Shown here one piece after another: positions 1 through 11,508 of a DNA stretch of 64,000 bases (within the stretch, counting starts at the first letter, position 1; each line of letters opens with the position of its first letter). The DNA comes from Bacteroidia bacterium (GTDB lineage Bacteria; Bacteroidota; Bacteroidia; B-17B0; Aurantibacillaceae): contig JAVKLI010000051.1 in the NCBI GenBank assembly GCA_031539425.1, positions 36,226 through 100,225 on the forward strand. The letters are read 5' to 3'. The position numbers were made by a program, and so were the translations under genes. The notes under the pieces were generated by a model. The model had not been told where the DNA came from. It did no database searches and saw only the letters and a list, made by a program, of their open reading frames with translations.

Positions 1-1425
1 ACTGTATCTTTATTGATATATGATATTACTACAGCTAAAACAAAATCTGTAGCCTTAGGTAAAAATCCTGACATTTATATTCCTCGTATTAAATGGACTA
101 ATGATGCCGCAACGTTATCTTATGAAAAACTAAACAGACTACAAAACAATTTAGAATTACATTTTGTAAATATCAAAACGTGGGTCGATCAAATTATTTT
201 AACAGAAACATCAACCACCTATGTTGATATTACTGATAATTTAACCTTTGTGGATAACACAGGTTTTATTTGGAGCAGTGAATCATCAGGGTATAATCAT
301 TTATATTTTTATAATTTAAACGGCACACTTATCAATCAAATAACAAATGGAAATTGGGATGTTGTAGATTTAAAAGCCTTTGACCCAAGTTCAAAAAAAT
401 TATATTTTACATCTACAGAATATGGTCAAATGAACCGTACTTTATTTAGCATTAACATTAATGGTAACGAAAAAGCACAACTAACGTCTGCTAATGGAAC
501 TGCTAACCCAAAATTTTTAAAAGGCTTTAAATACTTTTTAAATTCTTATTCTGACATTAATACCCCGCCAGTGTACACATTACACAGCATAAATGGAGAC
601 ATTGTAAAAGTACTTGAATCGCATCAAACATTAAACGACAAAAAGAACGAACACGTAACCACTAACAAAACCTATTTTTCGTTTAAAAATAGTGATAGTA
701 TTTTATTACATGGCTGGATGAAACTACCCAATAACTTTGACCCACGTAAAAAGTATCCCGTTTATATGTATGCTTATAACGGGCCTGGCTCCAATGCCAG
801 TGCTAATCAATGGAATAATTTTGATTATTGGTGGCATTCATTACTTAATCAAGAAGGGTACATAGTCACTTGTGTAGATGGTAGAGGCACTATGGGTAGA
901 GGTAAAGATTTTAAACACAGCACCTTTATGCAATTAGGACATTACGAAACCAAAGATCAAATAGAAGCAGCTCAATATTTATCTAACCTTGAGTATATAG
1001 ATAGAGACCGGATAGGGTTTCAGGGCTGGAGTTTTGGTGGCTATTTAGCTTCATTGCTTATTTCAAAAGGTGCAGATTATTTTAAAGCAGCCATTGCTGT
1101 AGCGCCAGTTACCAACTGGAAATACTATGATAACATTTATACCGAACGTTTTTTACAAACCCCTCAATCTAATAAATTGGGTTATGAAAATAACTCGCCA
1201 ATTAATTTTGCAAAAAATATTAAAGGAAATTTTTTATTAATTCATGGTAGTGCCGATGATAATGTGCATTATCAAAACTCTATGGAGTTGGCAAACGAGT
1301 TAGTAAAACATAATATTGCTTTTGATTTTATGGTCTATCCTAACAAAAACCATGGTATATATGGTGGACAAACGCGATTGCATTTATATACTAAAATGTT
1401 AGAGTTTATAAAAGCAAAGTTATAA
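1..1425 (+). CDS. Dipeptidyl-peptidase IV / prolyl oligopeptidase family S9 serine peptidase, C-terminal part (5' end lies outside the window)
   Basis: The frame is open from base 1; the TTG at 13 is only the ORF-caller start. It has the GWSFGGY nucleophile elbow, an HGSADDNVH acid/His region, and the beta-propeller-to-hydrolase layout typical of S9B peptidases. Confidence 0.85.
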   Translation, partial: TVSLLIYDITTAKTKSVALGKNPDIYIPRIKWTNDAATLSYEKLNRLQNNLELHFVNIKTWVDQIILTETSTTYVDITDNLTFVDNTGFIWSSESSGYNHLYFYNLNGTLINQITNGNWDVVDLKAFDPSSKKLYFTSTEYGQMNRTLFSININGNEKAQLTSANGTANPKFLKGFKYFLNSYSDINTPPVYTLHSINGDIVKVLESHQTLNDKKNEHVTTNKTYFSFKNSDSILLHGWMKLPNNFDPRKKYPVYMYAYNGPGSNASANQWNNFDYWWHSLLNQEGYIVTCVDGRGTMGRGKDFKHSTFMQLGHYETKDQIEAAQYLSNLEYIDRDRIGFQGWSFGGYLASLLISKGADYFKAAIAVAPVTNWKYYDNIYTERFLQTPQSNKLGYENNSPINFAKNIKGNFLLIHGSADDNVHYQNSMELANELVKHNIAFDFMVYPNKNHGIYGGQTRLHLYTKMLEFIKAKL

Positions 1426-2583
1426 AACTCGAGTGAGTTTGTATGTTTTGTTTTTTGGTTGTAACAAATTAATGCCTGGGGTAGCGTTTATTTTGAAAGC
1501 ACCAAAACTATCGTTTAGCTGTAAGGCCTTTGCCCCGTTGTAAGTGGCGGCTTGTAAAAGTAACTCTAAAGTTGTGCCGGGATAACGTTGCAACACGCCA
1601 TTGATTTCATCTATTATAGAGAGCGTTTGATTACTAGCCAAACTATCTGTTCCTATTATTAATTGATTTGGGGCAGTAGCCATTAAATTAAAATTTCTAA
1701 AATCACCGCTTATAAATAAATTAGATAAAGGGCAAATACACCAAAACACCTTGTTTAGTGCACTTTGAGCGGTTTCAAAATCATTAAGAGATGTAAAAGA
1801 ATTATGAACCAAAATAGATTGAACATCTTTATGTAAAGATGGTAACACAGATAATAAACTACTTTTTTTTGTTGGTGAAAAAAAATTAACATTGATGTTT
1901 AAATAACGGTACAAATCGATGTAAGCGCCGGTAGCATTTACAAACAGTTCGTTTTCATGTTCACTCTCTTGATTATGAATACTAAATAAGTGTTCTTGTT
2001 GGTTGGCATAAGCTGTTATTTTTTTAATCAAATCAACAGAAACAGAATAAGGGGCATGCGCTACTAGAGAGGTTGATAGATTAGCGTTAACAAATTGTTG
2101 CATTATTTTTATACCTTCATCAAAAATAGAATTTGAAGATTTGGGATTAAACCCAATTAATTCAATAAACGAATGGTATTTAATTTTTGATTCTTGTTTA
2201 ACTAATAGGGTATCATTTGAATTACAAATATCAGCTACGGCTGAAATACCATTTTGATACATCAAATGATCTGCATCTTTTATTGCTTGTTGAATTTCAG
2301 ATTTTGAAAATTGATGGCGTTTAGAAATCACTTCTTTTCCAAATTCAACAATTCCAATTCCTTTGTTTATTTTATTTTTTAAATGGCTTAATTCTAAATG
2401 ACAGTGGGCATTTACAAAGCCAGGGCATAAGATGCCGTCAATTTTTTCAATTTTTAATAAATCAATTTGGGAGGTAGTTGTAATATCAATAATTTGATTG
2501 TTGTAATTATTTACAATAATAACGGTATCCGAAGGAAGGTATTTAGTACCATCAAATATTTTATGAGCCGAAATAAAACGCAT
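1420..2583 (-). CDS. Metal-dependent amidohydrolase family protein (chlorohydrolase/deaminase-like)
   Basis: 387 aa with a PGFVNAHCHLELSH HxH metal-binding motif near the N-terminus, plus later HN and GTDS motifs typical of the amidohydrolase superfamily. Confidence 0.7.
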   Translation of the reverse strand: MRFISAHKIFDGTKYLPSDTVIIVNNYNNQIIDITTTSQIDLLKIEKIDGILCPGFVNAHCHLELSHLKNKINKGIGIVEFGKEVISKRHQFSKSEIQQAIKDADHLMYQNGISAVADICNSNDTLLVKQESKIKYHSFIELIGFNPKSSNSIFDEGIKIMQQFVNANLSTSLVAHAPYSVSVDLIKKITAYANQQEHLFSIHNQESEHENELFVNATGAYIDLYRYLNINVNFFSPTKKSSLLSVLPSLHKDVQSILVHNSFTSLNDFETAQSALNKVFWCICPLSNLFISGDFRNFNLMATAPNQLIIGTDSLASNQTLSIIDEINGVLQRYPGTTLELLLQAATYNGAKALQLNDSFGAFKINATPGINLLQPKNKTYKLTRVL

Positions 2584-2596
2584 GTTTTTTTGAGTT

Positions 2597-2938
2597 TTAT
2601 TTTTTCTTTTTAGATGATTTTGCTTGCGGATTAAACTCTAAACTCAGGTTTATCCAATACTCAAATTCTTTTTTGGTTTTTACACCATCGTCGTTTATTA
2701 ACACATAACCCCTCATGGGCTTTTTAGTAAAATTCATGGTTCTACAGCCTCTTTTGCTAATGGCTTCATCATGAAATGCTGGATTAATTCGGCACATCAT
2801 TTCATCTTTTATGATGCCCACACACATTTTATCATTTATCATAAATACTAAGCCTCCCATCATTTCTTTTTCTGTGGCATTATCAATATACAAAAGAGAT
2901 TCTCTAATTCTGTTTGCTAACGCTTCGCTATAGGCCAT
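2597..2938 (-). CDS. TfoX/Sxy N-terminal domain family protein
   Basis: 113 aa. The N-terminus (LANRIRESL ... KEMMGGLVFMINDKMCVGI) matches the TfoX_N pattern as I recall it. Confidence 0.55.
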   Translation of the reverse strand: MAYSEALANRIRESLLYIDNATEKEMMGGLVFMINDKMCVGIIKDEMMCRINPAFHDEAISKRGCRTMNFTKKPMRGYVLINDDGVKTKKEFEYWINLSLEFNPQAKSSKKKK

Positions 2939-2960
2939 GGTGTTACTATAATTATATAGT

Positions 2961-3302
2961 TTATGCTTTTTTTACAAATTCCGATTTTAAAGCCATGCTT
3001 CCAAATCCTTCTATTTTACAATCAATATTATGGTCGCCATCTGTTAGTTTAATGTTTTTTACTTTTGTGCCGGCTTTAATGGCTTTAGATGCGCCTTTTA
3101 CAGGCAAATCTTTTATCACAACCACTGTATCTCCTGTTTGTAAAACATTACCGTTTGAGTCGATTACTTTTAAGGTATCATCCTCAAAAATATCTTTACT
3201 ATCCCATGTATGAGCGCAATCTGGACAAGTATAATTTGTGTTTTGTGTAGCATATGCATAAGGGCATTCGCATTGGGGGCAGGTTTTTAAGTTGTCAGAC
3301 AT
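2961..3302 (-). CDS. yjdM: PhnA/YjdM zinc-ribbon protein
   Basis: 113 aa. N-terminal CPQC...CPDC zinc ribbon and a C-terminal VIKDLPVKG...DHNIDCKI...LKSEFVKK block characteristic of PhnA/YjdM. Confidence 0.85.
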   Translation of the reverse strand: MSDNLKTCPQCECPYAYATQNTNYTCPDCAHTWDSKDIFEDDTLKVIDSNGNVLQTGDTVVVIKDLPVKGASKAIKAGTKVKNIKLTDGDHNIDCKIEGFGSMALKSEFVKKA

Positions 3303-3319
3303 AGTTTTTATTTTAACGT

Positions 3320-4765
3320 TTAGTTTATTTTAATGCAAATATTTTTTTGTTCAGTAAAAAAATGAATGGCTTCAAATCCGCCTTCTCTGCCTACACCAGA
3401 TTTTTTTATACCACCAAAGGGGGTTCGCAAATCTCTGTGCAACCAACAGTTTACCCACACTATCCCCGATTCTAATTTTAACGCTATGCTATTAGCTTTG
3501 TTAATATTTTCTGTCCATACAGTGGCTGCTAAGCCATATTGCGTAGAGTTAGCCATTTTAATAAGCACCTCTTCAGATGTAAAAGGAGTGATGGTTACAA
3601 CAGGCCCAAATATTTCTTCTTGATTGGTTCTGCAATCATAGGCTAAGTTTTCAATAATGGTTGGTTCTATGTAATAGCCATTTTGATAATCTCCTGCAAG
3701 TGTTTTTGCATTTCCACCTGCTACTATTTTACCACCTTCTTGTTTGGCTAATTCTATATAAGATAATATTTTTTCAAAGTGCGGTTTAGATACAATAGCG
3801 CCTATTTTGCTACCATCATTAAGTGGTGGTCCAACTTTTAAAGCATTGGTTTTTTGAATAAAATCGGCTTTAAATTTATCATAAATAGATGCTTCAATAA
3901 AAATACGTGAGCCGCACAAGCATATTTGTCCTTGATTTGAGAAGGAAGATAGCAAAGTAGTGGAAAGCATTTTGTCATAATTACAATCGGCAAAAATGAT
4001 GTTGGGATTTTTACCCCCCAGTTCTAATGATAATTTTTTAAACAATGGAGCTGTTGTAAGCGCAATGTTTTCGCCTGTTTTAGTGCCTCCAGTAAATGAA
4101 ATAACTGGCACGTTTTTATGAGATACAATAGCAGCCCCTACTTTAGCACCAGTACCGTGTACTATATTTAAAACACCTTTTGGTAAATCCACCTCCAAAC
4201 AAATTTTGGATAACAAGTAGGCCGTCATGGGTGTAATTTCTGATGGTTTAGCCACTACAGTGCAGCCAGAAGCTAAGGCCGGTGCTATTTTCCAGCTAAA
4301 CAAATAGAGTGGTAAATTCCATGGTGAAATACATCCAGCCACGCCTATTGGCTGACGAACGGTATAATTCATAGCACTATCTTCCATGGCATAAGCCTCT
4401 GTAGCATCATGTAAAATAGCTGTAGCATAAAATTTAAAATTAGCTGCAGCTCGTGGAATATCCACTTTTAAAGCCAAACTCAAAGGTTTGCCATTATCAA
4501 TACTTTCGGCTAAAGCCAATGACATTAAATCTCTTTCAATACATTCAGCTATTTTTATTAAATAATCAGAACGTTTTTCTTTTGATAAAGATTTCCATAA
4601 TGGAAACGCTGCTTGGGCTGATTTTACTGCTAAATCTACATCAGCGGCATCACTATTTGGTATTAAAGAATAAGGGATTCCTTTTGAAGGATCAATGTTT
4701 TCAAAATATTGGTTATTTAAAGGGGCTACTAATTGTCCATCAATATAGTTTTCGAGTTTTTGCAT
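3320..4765 (-). CDS. NAD(P)-dependent aldehyde dehydrogenase
   Basis: 481 aa. It has the ELGGKNP catalytic Glu motif, the FSNQGQICLCGSR catalytic Cys motif, and the FTGGT cofactor motif. Confidence 0.9.
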   Translation of the reverse strand: MQKLENYIDGQLVAPLNNQYFENIDPSKGIPYSLIPNSDAADVDLAVKSAQAAFPLWKSLSKEKRSDYLIKIAECIERDLMSLALAESIDNGKPLSLALKVDIPRAAANFKFYATAILHDATEAYAMEDSAMNYTVRQPIGVAGCISPWNLPLYLFSWKIAPALASGCTVVAKPSEITPMTAYLLSKICLEVDLPKGVLNIVHGTGAKVGAAIVSHKNVPVISFTGGTKTGENIALTTAPLFKKLSLELGGKNPNIIFADCNYDKMLSTTLLSSFSNQGQICLCGSRIFIEASIYDKFKADFIQKTNALKVGPPLNDGSKIGAIVSKPHFEKILSYIELAKQEGGKIVAGGNAKTLAGDYQNGYYIEPTIIENLAYDCRTNQEEIFGPVVTITPFTSEEVLIKMANSTQYGLAATVWTENINKANSIALKLESGIVWVNCWLHRDLRTPFGGIKKSGVGREGGFEAIHFFTEQKNICIKIN

Positions 4766-4975
4766 TTTATTTAGTTAAGTATATTTTTAGTAAAATTAAT
4801 ATGAGTTATAAAACAAATTAAAAAAATGTAAAACCTTAAAATTATGGGTTTTTTTAGTAATTTGAACAGAACAAGTTTAACAACTTCAATGATAAAATAA
4901 AATTATAGTTTTATTTTCGCCAAAAATAACATTTACTATACTTACAGGCTATCATCTAATTTATTTTATTTCTCT

Positions 4976-6628
4976 ATGAAAAAACACTTTTTATTACTTA
5001 TAATTAGTATTGTGTTTAATCAATTAACCTACGCTCAATGTAATGAAACAAACGAAGAAAAGATACTGTTAGTAGGTGATAGTTGGGCTGCTTTTATGCA
5101 TAACGACTTAACCTTAAATACAGTGTTAAAAAAATGGGGATTTAACCATTTTAAATATTTTAGTAATAGTATTTTAGCTCAAAATGGGGCAGAAACAAAC
5201 GACTTTTTAGAAACCGCCAAGCTATCTGAAATTCAAACGCAATTAACAAACAAATCATCAATTAAGTTGGTACATATTAGTTTGGGCGGTAATGATTTTT
5301 TAGGAAATTGGAATACAAGTTATACAAATTCTCGTACCGATTCATTAATAGACACTGTAACTAAACGTTTGTTTAAAATTATCAATTTTATTAAAGCTAT
5401 TAGGCCTAATATTCGTGTTATTATTGGAGGGTATCAATATTCTAATTTTGCAGAGGTTATTACCACATTTGCACAACCAACTTCTCATCCTTTTTATACT
5501 AATTGGAATAATATGGGGCAACCAGATAATTTAACAATTAATAAAACGCTGAATCGTTTTTTAGATACTTTGGAAGCAAGAGTTGGGCGAACCACCAAAG
5601 TAACATTTATAAAATGCACCAGCTTAATGCAGCATATTTATGGTCAGATAACCCCCTTAGCTATTGCGCCATCTGGCACTTATGCTGTAAATAGCGCTAC
5701 ACTACCTGCAGGATATATTAATTATCCATCTCCTAAAGCATCTATGCGTAACTATGGTTTCTTTTTAGATTGCTTTCACTTATCACCTCAAGGTTATATT
5801 GATTTGATGAACTATCAAACTCAAAAGTTTTATCATAAAGCGCTTATGGAAGACTATTACGTATTATCGCAAGGAAGTAATAGAGATGGTAGTATTAGCA
5901 ATTTAGGTAACATATCAAACGCTATATCATTAGGTGAAAGTGGTAGTGAATTTGTTTCAACACATTTGTCGTTTAGTAATAAAACTTTAAAGGATACAGC
6001 TATAGCTCGAGCAAGTATTTTTATACGAAGGCAATCACTTATAGGAAACAATATTTTAACAGCCACTACAACTGTAATAGTTAAGTTAAAACGCGGTAAT
6101 TTTGGCCCAACCCCACAAGTAGAAGCTGCAGATTTAAACGATTTACCAACAGCTACAGGCACAGCTTGTGTTTTTGGATCTTATACAAACGATGCAGATT
6201 GGCTTCGCCTTGATTTACCAACATCTATAATACCGCATTTAAAAAATGATTCCATTACTCAATTTATTATTTCAATTCCCAATACAAGTGGTGGTAAACT
6301 CACTTATAACAATGCTACTAATATGGAATTTGCTCCCATTTTAAATATAAAGTACGGTATAAATATTAATACAATAGAATATAAAAAAGATAATGAAACA
6401 CCTATAATCTTCCCAAATCCTGCCGTAAATAATATCACATTTAAATTTGATTATTCAGAAAAAAGAGAAATTAAAATACTTAATTTATATGGCTCAGAAG
6501 TTGCATCATTTTATACAAATGAAATTGAAAGCACTAAAAGTATAGAATCGTTAGCTAATGGCTTGTATTTTGCGCTAATAAAAACTAATAACGCAAAATT
6601 AAAAATATTGAAGTTTATTAAAATTTAA
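4976..6628 (+). CDS. Secreted SGNH/GDSL-like hydrolase with T9SS C-terminal sorting domain
   Basis: Signal peptide, then LLVGDSWAA (block I GDS), SLGGNDF (block II) and DCFHLSPQG (block V DxxH). The C-terminal ~80 aa (IFPNPAVNNITFKF...LANGLYFALIK...) follow the Por_Secre_tail pattern. Confidence 0.7.
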   Translation: MKKHFLLLIISIVFNQLTYAQCNETNEEKILLVGDSWAAFMHNDLTLNTVLKKWGFNHFKYFSNSILAQNGAETNDFLETAKLSEIQTQLTNKSSIKLVHISLGGNDFLGNWNTSYTNSRTDSLIDTVTKRLFKIINFIKAIRPNIRVIIGGYQYSNFAEVITTFAQPTSHPFYTNWNNMGQPDNLTINKTLNRFLDTLEARVGRTTKVTFIKCTSLMQHIYGQITPLAIAPSGTYAVNSATLPAGYINYPSPKASMRNYGFFLDCFHLSPQGYIDLMNYQTQKFYHKALMEDYYVLSQGSNRDGSISNLGNISNAISLGESGSEFVSTHLSFSNKTLKDTAIARASIFIRRQSLIGNNILTATTTVIVKLKRGNFGPTPQVEAADLNDLPTATGTACVFGSYTNDADWLRLDLPTSIIPHLKNDSITQFIISIPNTSGGKLTYNNATNMEFAPILNIKYGININTIEYKKDNETPIIFPNPAVNNITFKFDYSEKREIKILNLYGSEVASFYTNEIESTKSIESLANGLYFALIKTNNAKLKILKFIKI

Positions 6629-6814
6629 TTTGTTCTACTCTTTTTATCAATTATAAATTAAGTAAGCTTTGAGCAACTAACAATGGAAATAATTTAAATT
6701 TACAACTTGATTCTGCCATTAGTTATAAACAGATTTTATCTAATATTTTTTTTTAAATATGCTTGAATAAGCCATTTTGAATATTAAATTTACATTTTCT
6801 AATGTATTTAATCT

Positions 6815-7471
6815 ATGAGTTTAGCACAATCTTCAATTGGTAAAAAAGTAATCATGGGCCTTACGGGCTTTTTTTTAGTGTCTTTTTTAATTGTTCATGT
6901 AAGTATTAATGCCACTATTTTTTGTAATGATGGGGGACAGATATTTAACGCCGCATGTTATTTTATGTCGCATAATATAGTTATCAGAATAGTAGAAATA
7001 GGCTTATTTGCTGGGCTTATTGCGCATGTTATTCAAGCGTTAATTGTAACCTTACATAATAAAAAAGCTCGCCCAATTGCTTATCATACCACTAATAATA
7101 ATACCAATTCTAAATGGTATAGTCGAAGTATGGGCGTTTTGGGTTCATTGTTATTATTATTTTTAGTAGTGCATTTGTCTGATTTTTGGGTAGAAACCAA
7201 AGTAGCCCTTTATACAAATCATGAACATAATACTTATACCGAAATTTTAGAAACTTTTTCAAACCCTTTAGCAGTGGCTATTTATTTATTAGGAGTAGGC
7301 TCCTTGTTGTTTCATTTATTACATGGTGTTCAATCTGCCTTTCAATCTTTAGGGTTAAACCATAAAAAATACACACCTTTTATCAAACAATTTGGTATTT
7401 GGTTTTCCATAATAGTTTGTGGTTTGTTTGCAGCCATGCCAATTGCCGTTTTTTGCCATTGGATTCATTAA
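6815..7471 (+). CDS. sdhC: Succinate dehydrogenase/fumarate reductase cytochrome b subunit (b558 family)
   Basis: 218 aa polytopic membrane protein with conserved His residues, immediately upstream of sdhA and sdhB. Confidence 0.85.
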   Translation: MSLAQSSIGKKVIMGLTGFFLVSFLIVHVSINATIFCNDGGQIFNAACYFMSHNIVIRIVEIGLFAGLIAHVIQALIVTLHNKKARPIAYHTTNNNTNSKWYSRSMGVLGSLLLLFLVVHLSDFWVETKVALYTNHEHNTYTEILETFSNPLAVAIYLLGVGSLLFHLLHGVQSAFQSLGLNHKKYTPFIKQFGIWFSIIVCGLFAAMPIAVFCHWIH

Positions 7472-7501
7472 TAGTTTAAATATTAAAATAAAGATAAAAA
7501 T

Positions 7502-9514
7502 ATGTCAGTTTTAAATTCAAAAATTCCAGACGGACTAATAGACCAAAAGTGGACCAAATACCGTTCTACCGTTCATTTAGTAAATCCAGCCAATAAAAGA
7601 AGTTTAGAGGTTTTAGTAGTAGGTTCAGGTTTAGCCGGCGCATCAGCAGCTGCCACCTTAGCAGAAATGGGCTATAAAGTAAAAGTGTTTTGTTTTCAAG
7701 ATTCGCCTCGTAGAGCCCATTCTATAGCGGCACAAGGTGGAATTAATGCAGCAAAAAATTATCAAAATGATGGCGATTCTGTTTACCGTTTATTTTATGA
7801 TACCATTAAAGGTGGCGATTATAGAGCTCGTGAAGCCAACGTGCATCGTTTGGCAGAAGTGTCTTCAAGCATTATAGATCAATGTGTAGCCCAAGGCGTT
7901 CCATTAGCAAGAGAATATAGTGGACTTTTGAGCAACCGCTCTTTTGGAGGTACACAAGTGCAACGAACATTTTATGCAGCAGGGCAAACAGGTCAGCAAT
8001 TGCTTTTAGGTGCATATTCTGCACTTCAGCGTCAGGTGGGTTCAGGCAATGTAGAACTTTTAGCAAGGCATGAAATGCTGGATGTAGTTACAATAGATGG
8101 TAAAGCACGAGGAATTATTGCTAGAAACTTAATAGATGGAACCATAGAAAAACACTTCGGTCATGCTGTTTTATTATGTACTGGTGGATATGGAAACGTA
8201 TTTTATTTATCTACAAATGCTATGGGAAGCAATGTAACTGCTGCTTGGAAAGCCCATAAAAAAGGCGCTTTTTTTGGAAATCCTTGCTTTACACAAATTC
8301 ACCCAACATGTATTCCTGTAAGTGGCGATCATCAATCAAAATTAACTTTAATGTCTGAATCACTTAGAAACGACGGGCGAATTTGGGTACCTAAGAAAAA
8401 AGATGATCATCGTAAGCCAAATGACATACCCGAAGAAGAAAGAGATTACTACTTAGAAAGACGTTACCCTGCATTTGGAAATTTAGTTCCTCGTGATGTA
8501 GCATCAAGAGCAGCAAAAGAACGTTGTGATGCTGGATATGGCGTAGGTACTTCAAAAATGGCTGTTTATTTAGATTTTAAATTTAACACCATGCGTTATG
8601 GCAAAACAGAAGCTGTAAAAAAAGGGCTTACAAACCCATCTGAACAAGAGACATTTAACCTAGGTAAAAAAGTTGTAAAAGAAAAATACGGTAACTTATT
8701 TGATATGTACCATCAAATAACGGGCGAAAACCCTTATGAAGTGCCAATGAGGATATACCCTGCTGTACATTATACCATGGGCGGTCTTTGGGTAGATTAC
8801 AATTTGATGACCACCGTACCAGGTTTATACGCCTTAGGTGAAGCTAATTTTTCTGACCATGGCGCAAACAGATTAGGCGCGTCAGCCTTAATGCAAGGCT
8901 TGGCAGATGGTTACTATGTAATTCCATACACCTTAGGGGTTTATTTAGCTGAAGAGGTATCGCGTATGAGTAGCGAAAAAGACAAAACAGATTCGATAGA
9001 TAAATTAAAAACCAATCACCCAGAATTTGATAAAGCCTATAATGCCCAACAAGATTTAATAAATAAATTTTTTAACATAAAAGGCAAACAATCCGTTGAA
9101 AGCTTTCATAAGCGCCTTGGGTTAATTATGTGGAACAAATGCGGAATGGGACGTAATAAAAAAGGATTAACCGAAGCTATTACAGAAATACGCGCACTTA
9201 GAACTGAATTTTGGAATGATGTGAGAGTATTAGGCGCAGCAAATGAATTTAACCCCGACCTTGAAAAAGCAGGACGTGTAGCCGATTTTTTAGAATTAGG
9301 TGAATTAATGTGTATGGACGCGCTTCACCGTGAAGAAAGCTGTGGCGGTCATTTTAGAGAAGAACACCAAACCGAAGAAGGAGAGGCTAAACGTGATGAC
9401 GCTAATTTTTCATACGTTGCCGCTTGGGAATATATTAACGACGGGCAATGGACGCTTAATAAAGAAGAGCTTAAATATGAGAATATTAAAATAGCGCAAC
9501 GATCGTATAAATAG
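7502..9514 (+). CDS. sdhA: Succinate dehydrogenase/fumarate reductase flavoprotein subunit
   Basis: 670 aa. N-terminal [15 protein letters not shown] fold and [13 protein letters not shown] covalent-FAD His region, conserved over the full length. Confidence 0.95.
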   Translation: MSVLNSKIPDGLIDQKWTKYRSTVHLVNPANKRSLEVLVVGSGLAGASAAATLAEMGYKVKVFCFQDSPRRAHSIAAQGGINAAKNYQNDGDSVYRLFYDTIKGGDYRAREANVHRLAEVSSSIIDQCVAQGVPLAREYSGLLSNRSFGGTQVQRTFYAAGQTGQQLLLGAYSALQRQVGSGNVELLARHEMLDVVTIDGKARGIIARNLIDGTIEKHFGHAVLLCTGGYGNVFYLSTNAMGSNVTAAWKAHKKGAFFGNPCFTQIHPTCIPVSGDHQSKLTLMSESLRNDGRIWVPKKKDDHRKPNDIPEEERDYYLERRYPAFGNLVPRDVASRAAKERCDAGYGVGTSKMAVYLDFKFNTMRYGKTEAVKKGLTNPSEQETFNLGKKVVKEKYGNLFDMYHQITGENPYEVPMRIYPAVHYTMGGLWVDYNLMTTVPGLYALGEANFSDHGANRLGASALMQGLADGYYVIPYTLGVYLAEEVSRMSSEKDKTDSIDKLKTNHPEFDKAYNAQQDLINKFFNIKGKQSVESFHKRLGLIMWNKCGMGRNKKGLTEAITEIRALRTEFWNDVRVLGAANEFNPDLEKAGRVADFLELGELMCMDALHREESCGGHFREEHQTEEGEAKRDDANFSYVAAWEYINDGQWTLNKEELKYENIKIAQRSYK

Positions 9515-9546
9515 TAAAGGAATCAGTTAATTAAAAAATTAAAATT

Positions 9547-10293
9547 ATGGAACTAAATTTAACACTAAAGGTTTGGAGACAAAAAAACTCTAAAACTACT
9601 GGTCAGTTTGAAACACACAAATTATCAGGCATTTCAACTGACATGTCTTTTTTAGAAATGTTTGATGTACTCAATGAAAAACTCATTCATGAAGGTAAAG
9701 AACCTATTGCGTTTGACCATGATTGCCGTGAGGGAATTTGTGGTATGTGTAGTATGCACATTAATGGTAAGCCACATGGTCCATTACAAGGGGTTACTAC
9801 CTGCCAGTTACACATGCGTTCGTTTAAAAATGGCGACACCATTGTGGTAGAGCCATGGCGTTCAGTAGCATTTCCGGTAATAAAAGATTTAGCTGTTGAT
9901 AGAAGTGCATTTGACCGCATTATTGCCAGCGGTGGCTATGTATCAGTAAACACTGGTAATCCAAAAGATGCGAATAACATTTTAATACCAAAACCTGATG
10001 CAGATGAAGCCTTTAGTGCTGCGGCATGTATAGGTTGTGGTGCTTGTGTGGCTACATGTAAAAACGGATCGGCCATGTTATTTGTATCTGCAAAAGTATC
10101 GCAATTAGCATTATTACCACAAGGTCAAGTAGAACGCAAACAACGTGTATTAAACATGGTAAAAGCCATGGATGAAGAAGGTTTTGGAAACTGCACCAAC
10201 ACAGGCGCTTGTGAAGTTGAATGCCCTAAAGGAATTTCAATTGAAAACATTGCCAGAATGAATAGAGAATTTATAGGGGCTACTGCTAATTAA
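9547..10293 (+). CDS. sdhB: Succinate dehydrogenase/fumarate reductase iron-sulfur subunit
   Basis: 248 aa. Cys clusters [20 protein letters not shown] and [12 protein letters not shown] for the 2Fe-2S, 4Fe-4S and 3Fe-4S centres. Confidence 0.95.
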   Translation: MELNLTLKVWRQKNSKTTGQFETHKLSGISTDMSFLEMFDVLNEKLIHEGKEPIAFDHDCREGICGMCSMHINGKPHGPLQGVTTCQLHMRSFKNGDTIVVEPWRSVAFPVIKDLAVDRSAFDRIIASGGYVSVNTGNPKDANNILIPKPDADEAFSAAACIGCGACVATCKNGSAMLFVSAKVSQLALLPQGQVERKQRVLNMVKAMDEEGFGNCTNTGACEVECPKGISIENIARMNREFIGATAN

Positions 10294-10297
10294 TGTG

Positions 10298-10320
10298 AAA
10301 TCAGTTAATCCTGATTTTAT
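10298..10320 (+). terminator. Possible intrinsic terminator after sdhB
   Basis: AAATCAG-ttaatc-CTGATTT forms a perfect 7-bp stem 5 nt after the sdhB stop, followed by TAT. The stem is AT-rich and weak. Confidence 0.35.
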
Positions 10321-10397
10321 ATTTAGTATATGTTTAATTAAATTTTAGATTAATATCCTACATTTGCATAATTGTAGTTATTGATTAATCTAACAAA

Positions 10398-11486
10398 ATG
10401 GAAAACACATATTGTATTATTATGGCTGGCGGTGTAGGGTCGAGGTTTTGGCCCATGAGTACTTCAAAAAAACCGAAGCAATTTTTAGATATACTTGGCG
10501 TTGGTAGCACACTACTTCAACAAACTTATGAAAGATTTGAAAGCATATGTTTACCTCAAAATATTTTTATTGTAACCAATATAGATTATAAAACTATTAT
10601 TGAAGAGCAACTACCACAACTTAATCCAACCCATATCCTTGTTGAACCTCTTAGAAGAAACACAGCACCATGTTTAGCCTATGCTACCAATAAAATACAT
10701 AAATTAAATAAAAATGCAGTTACCATAGTTGCACCATCCGATCATTTAATTTTAAATCAAGATGCGTTTAAAAAAGCTATTAAATCTTGTGTAATAAAAG
10801 CCAAAGAAGATAATTGTTTAGTTACTATAGGTATCAAACCAACCAATCCAGATACAGGTTATGGTTACATACAGTTTGTAAATTCAACCGCGGTAGAGCA
10901 AGATAAAAACATGTATAAAGTAAAAACATTTACTGAAAAACCTACATTAGAAATTGCGCAACAATTTATAGATAGTGGAGATTTTTTATGGAATTCAGGA
11001 ATTTTTATTTGGACTACTAAAGGCTTTTTAAATGCTTTAGAACTTTATGATGAACCTTTAGCTACTCGATTTAAGGCGGGAGAAAAAATTTATGGAACAG
11101 ATAAAGAGGCAGAGTTTTTAACAAAAGCTTATACAGATAGTAAAAATATATCAATTGATTATTCTTTATTAGAAAAAGCAAATAACGTTTATGTTCGCTC
11201 CTCTGTTGTAGGATGGAGTGATCTTGGCACCTTTGGCTCCTTACATGCGCATATAAAACAAGATAAATTTCAAAATGCTTTAATTGGAAAAAACATTGTA
11301 CAGTACGATTGTAATAATTGCTTAGTTAATGTACCAAACGAAAAGCTAGTTGTAATGCAGGGTTTAAACGATTATATTGTTGTTGAATCGAAAGGCGTTT
11401 TACTTATATGTAAAAAGCAAGATGAACAATTAATACGAAATTTTGTAAACGATGTTAAGGTGCACAAAGGAGAGCAGTTTATTTAG
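10398..11486 (+). CDS. Mannose-1-phosphate guanylyltransferase (nucleotidyltransferase domain only)
   Basis: 362 aa. N-terminal IMAGGVGSRFWPMS sugar-nucleotidyltransferase signature and an overall ManC-like sequence without a cupin isomerase domain. Confidence 0.85.
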   Translation: MENTYCIIMAGGVGSRFWPMSTSKKPKQFLDILGVGSTLLQQTYERFESICLPQNIFIVTNIDYKTIIEEQLPQLNPTHILVEPLRRNTAPCLAYATNKIHKLNKNAVTIVAPSDHLILNQDAFKKAIKSCVIKAKEDNCLVTIGIKPTNPDTGYGYIQFVNSTAVEQDKNMYKVKTFTEKPTLEIAQQFIDSGDFLWNSGIFIWTTKGFLNALELYDEPLATRFKAGEKIYGTDKEAEFLTKAYTDSKNISIDYSLLEKANNVYVRSSVVGWSDLGTFGSLHAHIKQDKFQNALIGKNIVQYDCNNCLVNVPNEKLVVMQGLNDYIVVESKGVLLICKKQDEQLIRNFVNDVKVHKGEQFI

Positions 11487-11508
11487 CCTTATTTTATTTA
11501 TAAATAAT

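Noticed and set aside
2914-6162. Track ORFs 2914..3213(+), 3366..3623(+), 4453..4821(+) and 5857..6162(-)
   Set aside because: Each lies antisense to, or out of frame within, a well-supported gene (phnA/yjdM, the aldehyde dehydrogenase, the SGNH hydrolase). Their translations are low complexity with no motif.
7872-9920. Track ORFs 7872..8066(-), 9662..9850(+) and 9687..9920(-) inside sdhA/sdhB
   Set aside because: They are embedded in highly conserved sdh coding sequence and are short with no recognisable features. I treat them as shadow ORFs.
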